Positions 9,846 to 20,551 are shown, counted from the stretch's first letter. The stretch is 64,000 bases of DNA from an uncultured Verrucomicrobiae bacterium (GCA_963769025.1 CAVYKI010000006.1:416001-480000); one strand, 5' to 3'. Numbers and translations are program-made. The notes: generated by a model from the sequence alone, not told the origin.

Positions 9846-10826
9846 ATGAACCTGACCCGCCGTCCCCGCCGCCTCCGCGCCACTCCGCAGATCCGCGCGC
9901 TCGTCCGCGAAGGATCGCTCTCGGCGGACGATTTCATCCTGCCGCTTTTTGTCTCGGAAAAAGTGAAGGGCCGCCAGCCCGTGGCCTCGATGCCCGGCGT
10001 GGCGCAGCTCGACGAGGACACGCTCATCGCCGAGGCGCGCGCGGCCCACTCGGCGGGAGTGCGCGCGGTGCTGCTCTTTGGGATTCCCGCGGTGCGGGAT
10101 GAAAAGGCTACGCAGGCATACGCCGAGGATGGCGTGGTGCAGCGTGCGGTCCGCAGGCTGAAACGCGAGATGCCGGAACTGGTCGTGATGACAGACGTGT
10201 GCCTCTGCGAATACATGAGCCACGGACATTGCGGAGTGACGGAATTCCACGGGGACGCGGCGCACGTCCACAACGACGCGAGTGTGGAGCTGCTCGTGAA
10301 GACCGCGCTTTCCCACGCCAAGGCCGGGGCTGATGTGGTCGCGCCGAGCGACATGATGGACGGGCGCATCGGCGCCATCCGCACCGCGCTCGATGCCGCG
10401 GGCCACGAGCAGACGATCCTCATGAGTTACGCCGCGAAGTTTGCGTCCGCTTTTTACGGCCCCTTCCGCGACGCCGCGGAGAGCGCGCCGCAGTCGGGCG
10501 ACCGCCGGTCGTACCAGATGGACGCGGCCAATGCGCGCGAGGCGCTGCGCGAGGTGGAGATGGATATCGCCGAGGGCGCGGACATCGTGATGGTGAAGCC
10601 CGGCATGCCGTATCTCGACCTCGTCTGGCGCATCAAGGACCGCTTCGGACTGCCGACCGCCGTTTACAACGTCAGCGGCGAATACGCGATGCTGAAGGCC
10701 GCCGCGGCGAACGGCTGGCTCGATGAAAAGGCGTGCGTGCTCGAGCAGATGACCGCCTTCAAGCGCGCCGGCGCGGACCTCATCATCACCTACTGGGCGC
10801 GCGAGTGCGCCGGGTGGCTGAAGTAG
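9846..10826 (+). CDS. hemB: porphobilinogen synthase
   Basis: RPRRLR, DVCLCEYMSHGHCG, PSDMMDGR, SAFYGPFRDA, MVKPG, YNVSGEY. Confidence 0.97.
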   Translation: MNLTRRPRRLRATPQIRALVREGSLSADDFILPLFVSEKVKGRQPVASMPGVAQLDEDTLIAEARAAHSAGVRAVLLFGIPAVRDEKATQAYAEDGVVQRAVRRLKREMPELVVMTDVCLCEYMSHGHCGVTEFHGDAAHVHNDASVELLVKTALSHAKAGADVVAPSDMMDGRIGAIRTALDAAGHEQTILMSYAAKFASAFYGPFRDAAESAPQSGDRRSYQMDAANAREALREVEMDIAEGADIVMVKPGMPYLDLVWRIKDRFGLPTAVYNVSGEYAMLKAAAANGWLDEKACVLEQMTAFKRAGADLIITYWARECAGWLK

Positions 10827-10881
10827 TGCGGGCGGGGAAACCGGTGGACTCGACCGGGACGTTGTGAAAGTTTGCGCCCGA

Positions 10882-12054
10882 ATGGCCACGATTGCCGAAA
10901 AACTGATCCCGGAGCCGCTGCGGCCCATTTTTGGAAAAGTGCGGGACGGACAGCGAATCACCGACGCCGAGTGCCTCGAACTCTATCGCTCGAACGACGT
11001 CAATGCGCTCGGCATGATCGCGAACATCATCCGCGAGCGGAAGAACGGGAACGTCGGCACCTACATTCACAATCTCTACGTCAACTATTCGAACCACTGC
11101 ATCCTGCGCTGCCAGTTCTGCGCGTTCGGCGCGCGGAAGAACGAGGCGCATGCGTTTGAGCTGAGCAGTGACGAAATCGAGCAGCGCGTCCGGCACGGGC
11201 TCGAGATGGGCATCACGGAAATCCACATGGTCGGCGGACTGCACCCGTCGCTGAAGCCCGAGTGGTATCTGGAATTGATCACCCGGCTCCGCGCCTTGGA
11301 TCCAAATCTGTTCATCAAGGCATTCACCGCAGTGGAAATCCGCCACCTCGCGGATCGCGTTTTCAAAACCGGCGTGCGCGATGTCCTCGGGCGCCTTCGG
11401 GATGCGGGATTGAATGCCATCACTGGCGGTGGCGCGGAGATTTTCGACCCGGCGATTCGCGACCAGATCTGCCGTGGAAAGGAAACCGCTGAGGAGTGGG
11501 CGGAGGTGCACCGGACGTGGCACGAGATGGGCATGCGCAGCACGGCGACGATGCTTTTCGGCCACGTCGAGAGGCCCGAGCATCGGGTGGATCACCTCCG
11601 GCGGCTGCGCGAACTCCAGGACATCACTGGCGGCTTCACGGGGTTCATCCCGTTTGCATTCGAGAGCGAGGGCGCGCGTCCGGAGCTGCGCCACATCCCG
11701 CGCGCGACGGCGTTCGAGGAACTGCGGAACCTCGCGATCAGCCGCATCTACCTGGACAACTTTGATCACATCACCGCGTACTGGGTGAGCCTCGGCCTGC
11801 CGATGGCGTCGCTCGCGCTGAACTACGGCGTGGACGATCTGCACGGCACGATCAAGGAGGAGAAAATCTTCCACATGGCGGGCGCGACCACACCGGTGCA
11901 GCAGACGATCCTCGCGATGGAGAAGGCGATCACCGAGGCGGGCCGCATCCCGATGCAACGCGACACGTGGTACCGCCGCATCGAAAGCACAAGGCCGAAG
12001 CCTTTGCCGATGCGGGGCGGCGCGGAAACGCAGGCGGAACCGGTGGGCGCGTGA
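10882..12054 (+). CDS. mqnE: aminofutalosine synthase (radical SAM)
   Basis: CILRCQFC, EIHMVGGLHP, KAFTAVEI, GGGAEIF, LDNFDHITAYW, EEKIFHMAGA; adjacent to mqnA. Confidence 0.88.
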   Translation: MATIAEKLIPEPLRPIFGKVRDGQRITDAECLELYRSNDVNALGMIANIIRERKNGNVGTYIHNLYVNYSNHCILRCQFCAFGARKNEAHAFELSSDEIEQRVRHGLEMGITEIHMVGGLHPSLKPEWYLELITRLRALDPNLFIKAFTAVEIRHLADRVFKTGVRDVLGRLRDAGLNAITGGGAEIFDPAIRDQICRGKETAEEWAEVHRTWHEMGMRSTATMLFGHVERPEHRVDHLRRLRELQDITGGFTGFIPFAFESEGARPELRHIPRATAFEELRNLAISRIYLDNFDHITAYWVSLGLPMASLALNYGVDDLHGTIKEEKIFHMAGATTPVQQTILAMEKAITEAGRIPMQRDTWYRRIESTRPKPLPMRGGAETQAEPVGA

Positions 12055-12830
12055 GCATGGGCGATCCGTGGGGTGCATTGCGCGGCCTCCGCATCGGCTG
12101 CGTGCGATATCTGAATTCCCGTCCGCTCATCTGCGCGTACGACGGCACCGTGGTGTTCGATCATCCCGCCGTGCTGGCGCAAATGCTCCGCGCGGATGAA
12201 CTCGACGCCGCGCTCGTGCCCGTCTTCGAGGCGCTGCGCGATCCGCGCTACCTGCTCGTGGATGATGTCGCGGTGGGCTGCGACGGCCCGGTGTTCAGCG
12301 TCTTCCTCGCGCACCGCGGCGAGCTGCGCGGCATCCGCTCGGTCGCGCTCGATCCCGCGTCGCTGAGTTCCGCGAATCTCCTGCGCGTCCTGCTCGCCGA
12401 GTATCACGGGCTGCGTCCCGAGTTTGGCGAGACCGGCGAGGCGCGGCTGCTCATCGGCAACCAGGCCATCGAGTTTCGGCAGGCAGAGGAGGGGGATTCC
12501 GACTGGCATTTTCTCGACCTCGGCGAGGAGTGGAAACGCTGCACCGGCCTGCCATTCGTCTTCGCAGTCTGGGCCGTGCGCGCGGGGATCGCGGACACGG
12601 CTGCGGTCGGCGACGCGTTCCGCCGGCTCAGGGATGCGGGCATCGCGCAAATCCCGGAGCTGGTCGTGCACGAGGATTTCGGCGATGCGGAAATGCGCCG
12701 CCGCTACCTCACCGAATTTCTCCGCTTCGGGATCGGCCCGCGCGGCAAGGAAGCGCTCGCCCTTTACCGCGCGCTGCTCACGAAGCACCGGCTCATCGGC
12801 AGCCACGCCGCGCCGCTGGAATTCATCTAG
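12051..12830 (+). CDS. mqnA: chorismate dehydratase
   Basis: IGCVRYLNSRPL, GPVFSV, LLIGNQA, DLGEEW..TGLPFVFAVW. Confidence 0.9.
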   Translation: MSMGDPWGALRGLRIGCVRYLNSRPLICAYDGTVVFDHPAVLAQMLRADELDAALVPVFEALRDPRYLLVDDVAVGCDGPVFSVFLAHRGELRGIRSVALDPASLSSANLLRVLLAEYHGLRPEFGETGEARLLIGNQAIEFRQAEEGDSDWHFLDLGEEWKRCTGLPFVFAVWAVRAGIADTAAVGDAFRRLRDAGIAQIPELVVHEDFGDAEMRRRYLTEFLRFGIGPRGKEALALYRALLTKHRLIGSHAAPLEFI

Positions 12831-12917
12831 CGGGATTGCCGCCAGTGCCGTGGGAGGGAGTGGGCGGCTCGCTTCGTTTGCGCTTCATTTTTCGCCGCGG
12901 CGTTTCCATGGTGGCGA

Positions 12918-13940
12918 ATGGCTGAAATTGTCTGCTTCGGCGAAGTCATGCTTCGCCTGACCACCCCCGGGTTCACCACGCTCGCCGATGCGACATCGCT
13001 CGACGTGACCTTCGGCGGGGCCGAGGCGAATGTCGCCGTGCAGCTCGCGGAGTTTGGCCGGAGCGCGGCCTTTGTCTCGCGGCTGCCGGAGAATGGGCTC
13101 GGGGACCGCTGCATCGCCGAGCTGCGCGGGCGCGGAGTGGATACCGCTTCCGTCCTGCGCGGCGGCTCGCGGATGGGCATCTACTTTCTCGAGCAGGGCG
13201 TCGGGCAGCGGCCGGGGAAAGTCACCTACGACCGCCAGCATGCCGCGATGAGCGAAATGCAGCCGGGCATGGTGGACTGGGACGCCGTCCTCGCCGGCGC
13301 GAAGTGGTTTCACTGGAGCGGCATCACCCCGGCGCTCGGCGCGGGATGCGCCGCGCTTTGCGAGGAGGCGTGCATCGCGGCGAAGAAGCGCGGCATCACC
13401 GTGAGCTTCGACGTGAACTACCGCGCGAAGCTCTGGAGCCGCGAGGCCGCCGCCGCCACGCTGCGCCCGCTCATGCGCCACGTGGATGTCTGCATCGCCG
13501 GGGAATCCGACGCCGTGGACATCCTCGGCGTCCCGCCGCATCGCGGCGAAGCAGGGCAGCCGGGCGGTGAGGAAACGCGACTGCCTGCGATGGCCCGGGC
13601 GCTTGCGGAGCTGCACGGGTGCAAGACCGTCGCGATGACCTGCCGCGCTGGTGACAGCGCCACGCACACGACCTTCCGCGCCATGCTCCATCGCGCCGGG
13701 GCGGACGCCTTTTCGCGGCGGCATGAAATCACCGTCGTGGATCGCGTCGGGACAGGCGACAGCTTCACCGGCGGCCTCATCCATGCCCTCCTGCGCGGCG
13801 ACGAGCCCGCGCGCGCCATCGAATTCGCCGCCGCCACCGCCGCGTGGAAGCACACCATCGCCGGCGACTGGAACCGCTGCACCGTCGCGGAAGTCGAGTC
13901 GCTCGCCGGCGGAACCGGGGGAGGCCGCATCGGGCGCTAG
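12918..13940 (+). CDS. kdgK: 2-keto-3-deoxygluconate kinase (PfkB family)
   Basis: FGEVMLRL, GGAEANVA, SGITPAL, DVNYRAKLW, DRVGTGDSF. Confidence 0.88.
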   Translation: MAEIVCFGEVMLRLTTPGFTTLADATSLDVTFGGAEANVAVQLAEFGRSAAFVSRLPENGLGDRCIAELRGRGVDTASVLRGGSRMGIYFLEQGVGQRPGKVTYDRQHAAMSEMQPGMVDWDAVLAGAKWFHWSGITPALGAGCAALCEEACIAAKKRGITVSFDVNYRAKLWSREAAAATLRPLMRHVDVCIAGESDAVDILGVPPHRGEAGQPGGEETRLPAMARALAELHGCKTVAMTCRAGDSATHTTFRAMLHRAGADAFSRRHEITVVDRVGTGDSFTGGLIHALLRGDEPARAIEFAAATAAWKHTIAGDWNRCTVAEVESLAGGTGGGRIGR

Positions 13941-13960
13941 GAAAGACCCGGAAACATCCG

Positions 13961-13989
13961 TTGACAAAATGCCGGGCCGCCTCCAGTCT
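13961..13989 (+). promoter_or_regulatory. putative sigma70 promoter for rpoZ-smpB
   Basis: TTGACA at 13961, 17-bp spacer, CAGTCT as -10. Confidence 0.5.
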
Positions 13990-14034
13990 CCGCTCCCTTT
14001 TTTCCACAGGGGCAACCGCCTTTAACCACAAATT

Positions 14035-14250
14035 ATGATGAGCCATCTAGTCGATGAAGCCGCGAAGAAGATTCAGAATGTTCCCTTCCTGGTGAACATG
14101 GTCTCGAAGCGGGTCCGCCAGCTGACCGCCGGGCACCGCCCGATGATCGATCCCACTCCGAAGATGGGCCTCGCGGACATCGCGCTGCAAGAGATCATCG
14201 AAGGCAAACTCAGCTACGAGCTGAAGGAAATCGAAGAGGAAAAGGAATAG
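14035..14250 (+). CDS. rpoZ: RNA polymerase omega subunit
   Basis: LVNMVSKRVRQL..IALQEIIEGKL. Confidence 0.85.
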   Translation: MMSHLVDEAAKKIQNVPFLVNMVSKRVRQLTAGHRPMIDPTPKMGLADIALQEIIEGKLSYELKEIEEEKE

Positions 14251-14284
14251 CGCCGGCCCGCTCGACGGGCGGGCATGATTGACG

Positions 14285-14752
14285 ATGGGCACGGGCGGCG
14301 ACATTTCGGTCAACCGCAAGGCGCTGCGCGACTTTCACATCCTCGACCGGTTCGAGGCGGGGATCGAGCTGAAGGGCACGGAGGTGAAGGCCATCCGCGC
14401 CGGGCTGGCGAATGTGAGCAACGCGTTTGCGCGCATCGAGGGCGGCGAGGCGTGGCTGTTCGACCTGGACATCCAGGGCTACGACAAGGCGAGCTTTGAG
14501 CAGCACGTGCCGAAGCGGAGGCGCAAGCTGCTGCTGCACCGGCAGGAGATCGACAAGCTGTTCGGCAAGGTGCAGGTGGCCGGGCATTCGCTCATCGCGC
14601 TGCGGCTCTACTGGAAGGAGTCGCGGGTGAAGGTGGAACTCGGCGTGGGCAAGGGGAAGCTCGCGCACGACAAGCGCGAGGACATGAAGGAGAAGGTGGA
14701 GACGCGCGAGGCGGCGCGGGCGATGTCGGAATTCAACAAGAAGCGGAAGTAA
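14285..14752 (+). CDS. smpB: SsrA-binding protein
   Basis: NRKA..EAGIELKGTEVKAIR, RKLLLHRQEI, GKGKLAHDKRE. Confidence 0.96.
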   Translation: MGTGGDISVNRKALRDFHILDRFEAGIELKGTEVKAIRAGLANVSNAFARIEGGEAWLFDLDIQGYDKASFEQHVPKRRRKLLLHRQEIDKLFGKVQVAGHSLIALRLYWKESRVKVELGVGKGKLAHDKREDMKEKVETREAARAMSEFNKKRK

Positions 14753-14830
14753 GGGCAGTGTTGCGAGGTGAGAACTGAGAGGTGAGGCGCAAGTGGACTT
14801 GCGGATACCACCCCGCCTGCGGTGCCACCT

Positions 14831-16108
14831 TCAGCTTTCGACGCCCGACCCTGCCCCGAGCGGTTCGCCGTAGGTGAGTTCGTCGGGGAGCGGGACGAAT
14901 TCGCGGATCCAGTCCCAGAGCTGGGAGAAGTCCTTGTTCACGTCGCCCGAGAGGCAGTCGGTGATCTGGTCCGCGGCTTCGGGGTGGCGCTGGGTGACTT
15001 CGCGGAATGAGAATTTCGGATCGTAGAACGCATAGACCAGCTTGCGCATGTTCTCGACGCCTTCGCGGATGGCGGCGCCGTATGGCGCGAAGTGTGCGGG
15101 CGAGAGATCGCCGCTGACGAGCCCCTCGTGCACCGCTTCGCCCGCGAGGTGCCCGCATCTTCAGCGCGAGCATGACGCCGCTGCTGAAGACCGGATCGAG
15201 AAACGCGAACGCATCGCCGAGCAGCAGCAAGCCCCGGCGCGGCGCAGTAGCGCGAGTAGCGGCTGTATTCGCTGGTGACGAAATACTCGCCCGTGGATGT
15301 CGCCGACGCTGAGGTGGTCCTTGATCCACAGGTTCTCCTCCACCTCGCGGTGGAAAATCTCGCGCGGGTCCTTCACTCCGCCGCGCGTGAGGTATTTGCC
15401 CTCGGCGACGACGCCGACGCTCACCATGTCGTTGTGCTGCGGGATGTGCCAGAACCAGCCCTTGTCCGGCACGAACGCGACGGTCGTCTCGCCTTCGTCG
15501 ATGCCCGGCTCGCGCTTCGAGCCCTTGTAGTAGGTCCACACGGCGATCTTGTTGAGGTACGGATCGGCATGCGCCAGCCGCGGCGGTTCGAGGTGAACGC
15601 CTCCTTGCCCGAGCAGTCGAGCGTGATGGGCGCGCGCACCTCGTAGGTGCGGCCGGTCGTGCGGTCCGTGGCCTCGACGCCGATGACGCGGTCGCCGTCC
15701 ATGAGCAGGCGGTTCACGATCGTCTCCTCGCGGACCTCCGCGCCCTTCTCGCGGGCGTTGTCGAGCGAGCATCTGGTCGAATTCCGAGCGCAGCACCTGC
15801 CACGTCTGCGCGACGGTTTCCTTGTCGTAGCGGTTGAAGAAATAGAACGGCTGCGAGCGTTTCCCGTCCGGCTGCACGAAGGTCACGCTGTATTTCTTCA
15901 CGAAGTGCGACGCCTTCATCTTCGGGATCATCCCGATGCGCTTCAGCGGCTCGAAGGTGAAAGGAATCAGCGATTCGCCGATGTGGTAGCGCGGGAATTT
16001 GTCGCGTTCGAGGACGAGGACGCGATGGCCGTATTCCGCAAGAATCGCCGCGGCGCTCGAGCCGGCGGGGCCGCCGCCGATGAGGATGGCATCGTAGTCG
16101 TGGTTCAT
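14831..16108 (-). CDS. FAD-dependent oxidoreductase, halogenase/geranylgeranyl-reductase-like (several apparent frameshifts)
   Basis: GGGPAGS, FPRYHIGESL, GWFWHIP, GDAFAFLDPVFSSGV spread over several frames. Confidence 0.8.
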
Positions 16109-16271
16109 GGGTCAGTGAGTATGCCCCCGTGTGGCTTAGAGCGGAAGTAGGCGTTTGGCATCGCTCTGATGCCGGGGCGGGATAAGCGACGCATCGACAT
16201 GGCCAACCCGGGGGCAGTTCGCGCCAATATTCGCGTGGACGCCAGGGCGGGCGGTTTGGATTCTTCCGCCG

Positions 16272-16823
16272 ATGAAAAAGCTCCTCCTTCCTCTCGTTGC
16301 GTTCGGACTCTGCATTCCCGCCGCCCGCGCGGAAACTCCCAAGCCCGCTGCTGCCAGCCAGGCATCACAACCGGCCTCGAAATTCAGCACCGAGTACGAA
16401 GGACGCGCTTACAGCTTTCCAGACGAGGCATCGCTCGCGAGATGGAAGGCGGATCGCGAGGCGAGCATCTACCAGCAAATCGGCGGCAAGCCCTCGATGG
16501 ATGCCGCCATCGAGATTTTCTACAAAAAGGTGCTCGCAGACAGCCGCATCAAGCACTTCTTCGAGGACGTGGACATGGTGCGCCAGCGGACGAAGCAGAA
16601 CCAGTTTCTCTCGGCGGCGTTTGGCAGCCCTGTGCCGTACGAAGGCAAGGATCTGCGCAAGGCGCACGCGAAGCTGCCCGGCCTGAACGACAGCCATTTC
16701 GACGCTGTCGCCGAGCATCTCCAGGCGACGCTCACCGAGCTGAAGGTGAAGAAGGAACTCATCGACAGAATCATGGCCATCGCCGGGAGCACCCGCGCGG
16801 ACGTGCTGAACCGGACGAAGTAG
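16272..16823 (+). CDS. group I truncated haemoglobin with signal peptide and YHS-like N-terminal segment
   Basis: IYQQIGG..FYKKVLADSRIKHFF..FLSAAFG..YEGKDLRKAH..HFDAVAEHL; signal MKKLLLPLVAFGLCIPAARA. Confidence 0.88.
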   Translation: MKKLLLPLVAFGLCIPAARAETPKPAAASQASQPASKFSTEYEGRAYSFPDEASLARWKADREASIYQQIGGKPSMDAAIEIFYKKVLADSRIKHFFEDVDMVRQRTKQNQFLSAAFGSPVPYEGKDLRKAHAKLPGLNDSHFDAVAEHLQATLTELKVKKELIDRIMAIAGSTRADVLNRTK

Positions 16824-16894
16824 TCCGGCGCATCGTCTTCGGGCGTCGCGCCCCGGCCTTGCACGCGGGGCGTTTCCCCGTGAAAGTCCGCGCC

Positions 16895-19800
16895 ATGAAG
16901 CTGCGCTTTTTCCTCCCGTTGCTCGCTGCATGCCTTCCGCTCCATGCCGAGGAGCCGGATTATTTTCCTGGGGTCGCGAAACTGATCGAGGACCGCTGCC
17001 TCGATTGCCACACTGCGGATGACCCGGATGGGAAGCTGGTGATGGAGCGGCATGAGGACATCCTGAAAGGCGGGGAAAGCGGGGCGGTGGTAACGGCGGG
17101 GAAGGGCGGCGAGAGCCTGCTGGTGAAGTATCTGCGCGGCGAGGTGGAGAAGGACGGAAAGAAGAGATTCATGCCGCCGGGCAAGCGCGAAAAGCTGACG
17201 GCCGACGAGATCGAGATGTTCGTGAAGTGGATCGATGCGGGCGCGAAGCCGCCACAGCGCGCGATGGAAAAAAAGATCGTGGAGGTGCCGAAGGTGCAGC
17301 CCAAGGGGACGCCGCGCGTGCCGGTGAATGCGCTCGCCTTTTCGCCGCAGGCGAAGCTCGTGGCGGCGGCGCACGGCACGGTGGTGGAACTCGTGGATCC
17401 GGCTTCGCAGGCGGTGGTGAAGCGGCTCGAAGGGCACCGGGGTGCGGTGAATGCAGTCGTTTGGTCGGCGGATGGCACGATGCTGTTCGCGGCGTCGGGC
17501 GAGCAAGCGATTGAGGGCGAGGTGCGGCAGTGGAACGTCTCGGAGGCGAAGTTGGCGCGCATATTCACGGGACACCGCGACATGATTTTCGCGGTCGCGC
17601 TTTCCCCGGACGGGAAGACGCTCGCGACCGGGAGCTACGACCAGAAGATCAAGCTGTGGAATGTCGCGGAGGGGACGGAGCGGAAGACTTTGGGCGGGCA
17701 TAACGGCGCGGTGTTCGGGCTGGCGTTCCGGCCCGACGGGAAGCTGCTCGCGAGCGCGAGCGCGGACCGCACGGTGAAGCTCTGGGACGTGGCCAGCGGC
17801 GAGCGGCGCGACACGCTGAGCCAGCCGACCAAGGAGCAATTCGCCGTGGCGTGGAGCGCCGACGGGAAGCGGCTGGCGGCGGTGGGAGCGGACAACCGCA
17901 TCCGCGTGTGGCAGGTGTCGGCCGACGCGAAGGAGACGACGAATCCGCTCGTGGTCGCGCGGTTCGCGCACGAGCAGCCGATCCTGCGGCTCGTGTGGAG
18001 CGCGGATGGCGCGACGATGCTGAGTTCCGCGCAGGACGGCACGGTGCGCGTGTGGGATGCGGCGGAGGTGAAGGAGCGCATGCTGCTGGAGAAGCAGCCG
18101 GATTGGCCGACGGCGCTGGCGTTTTCCGGCGATACCGTGGTGACCGGGCGCGCGGATGGGACGGTGGCATTTTACGATGCGAAGACGGGGAAGGTGATCG
18201 TGGCGCCGAAGAGCGGCGCGGTGGAGAAATGCGGACATGAGATGCGATCGAGGAAGATTTTCTGCCAGGCGAAGACGGCGATGGCGAAGCCGGCTTCAGC
18301 GCCGAAGGGGCCGTCCGTGTCGGGCATTTCGCCGCGTGGCATCGAGCGCGGGCCGATGTTGGAACTGAAACTGACGGGAGCAAATCTGCCGGCGATCCTG
18401 TCGGTGAAATGTGAAGATGCGCGGGTGCGGGTGTTCACGGGCTCGCCGGAAAAGGACGCGGTGCCGGTTGTCATCTCCACGCCGGGGAATCTTCCGCGCG
18501 GCGGGTATGCGATCGTCGTGAGCGGTGCGGATGGGAAGGAAATCGGGCGCGCCACGCTGCGCATCGAGGACATCACGGTGATCGACATTCCTGCCGCGTC
18601 GGCGATGCAGAAGCTCACCGCGCTGCCGGTGAATGTGTGGGGGACGATTGCCAAGGCGGGGGAGAGCGACCGGCATGAGTTCGAGGCGAAGGTGGGCACG
18701 ACGCTGATTTTTGACTGTCAGGCGAAGGCGCTCGGCTCGAAGGCGAATGCGGTGCTCACGCTCGTGGACGCCGCGGGGCGCGTGCTGGCGACGGACAATA
18801 ATTTCGATGCGAGCGGCGATCCGTTCATCGCGCACAAGTTCGCCGCGGATGGCCGCTATGCGATCGTGGTGGGCGATGCGATGATGACCGGGAGCGCTGA
18901 GCACTTCTACAACCTGACCGTCGGTGCGCTTCCGTTTGTGACCGCGCTTTTTCCGCTGAGCGTGCCCGCGAATTCGGAGACGAAAGTGGAACTGGTCGGC
19001 TACAATCTTCCCGCCGATCCGGCCTCGCGGACGGTCGCGGTGAAGGCCGGTGCGAGCGGAACGGCACCGGTCAAACTGGATGGGCAGAAATTCCGCAGCC
19101 GCGCCCCGGCGGCACTGGCTGTGAGCGAGGAGCCGAATTTTGTGGCTGCCGCGGGATGCGACACGGTGAGGGGCGCGCAGAAGCTTGACGTTCCATTTTC
19201 CGTGAACGGCCGTTTTCTCAAGGCGGGAACGGCGGAGCATTTCCGTTTCACGGCGAAGAAGGGCATGAGCTACGCGATCGAGACGGAGGCATCGCGCCGC
19301 GGTTCGCCGGTGGACACGAAGATCTCGGTGCTTTGGCCGGATGGGCGGCCGGTCGAGCGATTGCTGCTGCAGGCGGTGCGCGACAGCGCGATCACATTTC
19401 GGGCGATTGATTCCGCGGTGCCGGACGTGCGCGTTGAAAACTGGCGCGAGATGGAACTGAACGAGCTGATGTGGATGCAGGGCGAGGTGGCGAAGATTTT
19501 CCGGATGCCGGAGGGGCCGGACAGCGGTTTTGCGTTTTACGCGAACGCCGGGAAGCGCATCACGCACTTCGACACAAGCGCGACAGCGCACTCGGTCGAT
19601 GAGCCGTGCTACATCGTGGAACCGCATCCGCCGGGTGCGAAGCTGGTGGCAAACGGGCTGCCGGTCTTCACACTGAATTTCGAGAACGACGACGACGGCT
19701 CGCGCAACGCGGGCAGCGACTCGCGCCTGCTCTTCACCGCCCCGGCGGATGGCGACTACGTCGTGCGCGTTCAGAACAGCCGCGGTGACGCGGGCGAGCG

Positions 19801-20551
19801 GTTCATCTACCGGCTCATCGTGCGCGAGGCGCGGCCGGATTTCGCGGTGAAATTCACGGAGTCCGCGAGTGTGGTGAATGTGGGAAGCGGCGCGGCGTTC
19901 ACGCTGACGGCGGAACGGAAGGATGGATTTGACGGTGACATCGTTTGCGAAATCACGGGCGTCCCGGCGGGTTGGCATGTGACGAGTCCGCTGGTGATCC
20001 AGGCGGGGCATCTGCAGGCGAAGGGAAGCATCTCGGCGCTGCCGGGCGCGGGGAAGTGGACGGCCGCGAAGATTTCCGCGACGGCGGACATTGACGGGAA
20101 GCGGGTCTCGCATCCTGCCGGCGAAATCGCGGGCGTGAAGGCGGAGGGCGAGCCGCCGATCGTGGTGTCGTTACAGCCGGCGGGTGCGGATCACAGTGCG
20201 CCTGCATTTCAGCGCGACGCAGCGGCGGTGCCGCGCGAAATCACGATCTCGCCGGGTGAGACGGTTTCCGCGTGGGTCGTGCTGAAGCGCGGGAGCGCGA
20301 AGGGCGCGCTGCGCTTCGATGTGGAGAATCTCCCGCACGGAGTCGTGGTGGACAATCTCGGGCTGAACGGCATCACGCTGCTGGAAGGGCAGGACTCCGG
20401 TGAGATTTTCCTGAAGGCTGCACCGTGGGTGCCGGAGACGGATCGGCTCGCGTATGTCGTGTGCCGCGAGGCGGGCAAGCAGGCGTCGCTGCCGGCGCTG
20501 CTGCACGTGCGGCGGAAGGGTCTGGCGGCGGACGCAAATGCGAAGCCCTGA
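16895..20551 (+). CDS. planctomycete-type cytochrome c + WD40 repeats + PPC domain periplasmic protein
   Basis: Signal peptide, CLDCH, several GH..WD repeats, C-terminal PPC-like domains (DNNFD..DP, ENDDD..DSRLLFTAPADGDY). Confidence 0.88.
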   Translation: MKLRFFLPLLAACLPLHAEEPDYFPGVAKLIEDRCLDCHTADDPDGKLVMERHEDILKGGESGAVVTAGKGGESLLVKYLRGEVEKDGKKRFMPPGKREKLTADEIEMFVKWIDAGAKPPQRAMEKKIVEVPKVQPKGTPRVPVNALAFSPQAKLVAAAHGTVVELVDPASQAVVKRLEGHRGAVNAVVWSADGTMLFAASGEQAIEGEVRQWNVSEAKLARIFTGHRDMIFAVALSPDGKTLATGSYDQKIKLWNVAEGTERKTLGGHNGAVFGLAFRPDGKLLASASADRTVKLWDVASGERRDTLSQPTKEQFAVAWSADGKRLAAVGADNRIRVWQVSADAKETTNPLVVARFAHEQPILRLVWSADGATMLSSAQDGTVRVWDAAEVKERMLLEKQPDWPTALAFSGDTVVTGRADGTVAFYDAKTGKVIVAPKSGAVEKCGHEMRSRKIFCQAKTAMAKPASAPKGPSVSGISPRGIERGPMLELKLTGANLPAILSVKCEDARVRVFTGSPEKDAVPVVISTPGNLPRGGYAIVVSGADGKEIGRATLRIEDITVIDIPAASAMQKLTALPVNVWGTIAKAGESDRHEFEAKVGTTLIFDCQAKALGSKANAVLTLVDAAGRVLATDNNFDASGDPFIAHKFAADGRYAIVVGDAMMTGSAEHFYNLTVGALPFVTALFPLSVPANSETKVELVGYNLPADPASRTVAVKAGASGTAPVKLDGQKFRSRAPAALAVSEEPNFVAAAGCDTVRGAQKLDVPFSVNGRFLKAGTAEHFRFTAKKGMSYAIETEASRRGSPVDTKISVLWPDGRPVERLLLQAVRDSAITFRAIDSAVPDVRVENWREMELNELMWMQGEVAKIFRMPEGPDSGFAFYANAGKRITHFDTSATAHSVDEPCYIVEPHPPGAKLVANGLPVFTLNFENDDDGSRNAGSDSRLLFTAPADGDYVVRVQNSRGDAGERFIYRLIVREARPDFAVKFTESASVVNVGSGAAFTLTAERKDGFDGDIVCEITGVPAGWHVTSPLVIQAGHLQAKGSISALPGAGKWTAAKISATADIDGKRVSHPAGEIAGVKAEGEPPIVVSLQPAGADHSAPAFQRDAAAVPREITISPGETVSAWVVLKRGSAKGALRFDVENLPHGVVVDNLGLNGITLLEGQDSGEIFLKAAPWVPETDRLAYVVCREAGKQASLPALLHVRRKGLAADANAKP

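Noticed and set aside
10882..12830. mqnE-mqnA as a novel pathway
   Set aside because: This is the established futalosine route to menaquinone.
16169..16895. N-terminal extension of the 1460-aa ORF, and other long overlapping or antisense ORFs (e.g. 2454-4268, 20744-22570, 41232-43470)
   Set aside because: Shadow frames typical of high-GC DNA. They have no family motifs and overlap well-supported genes.
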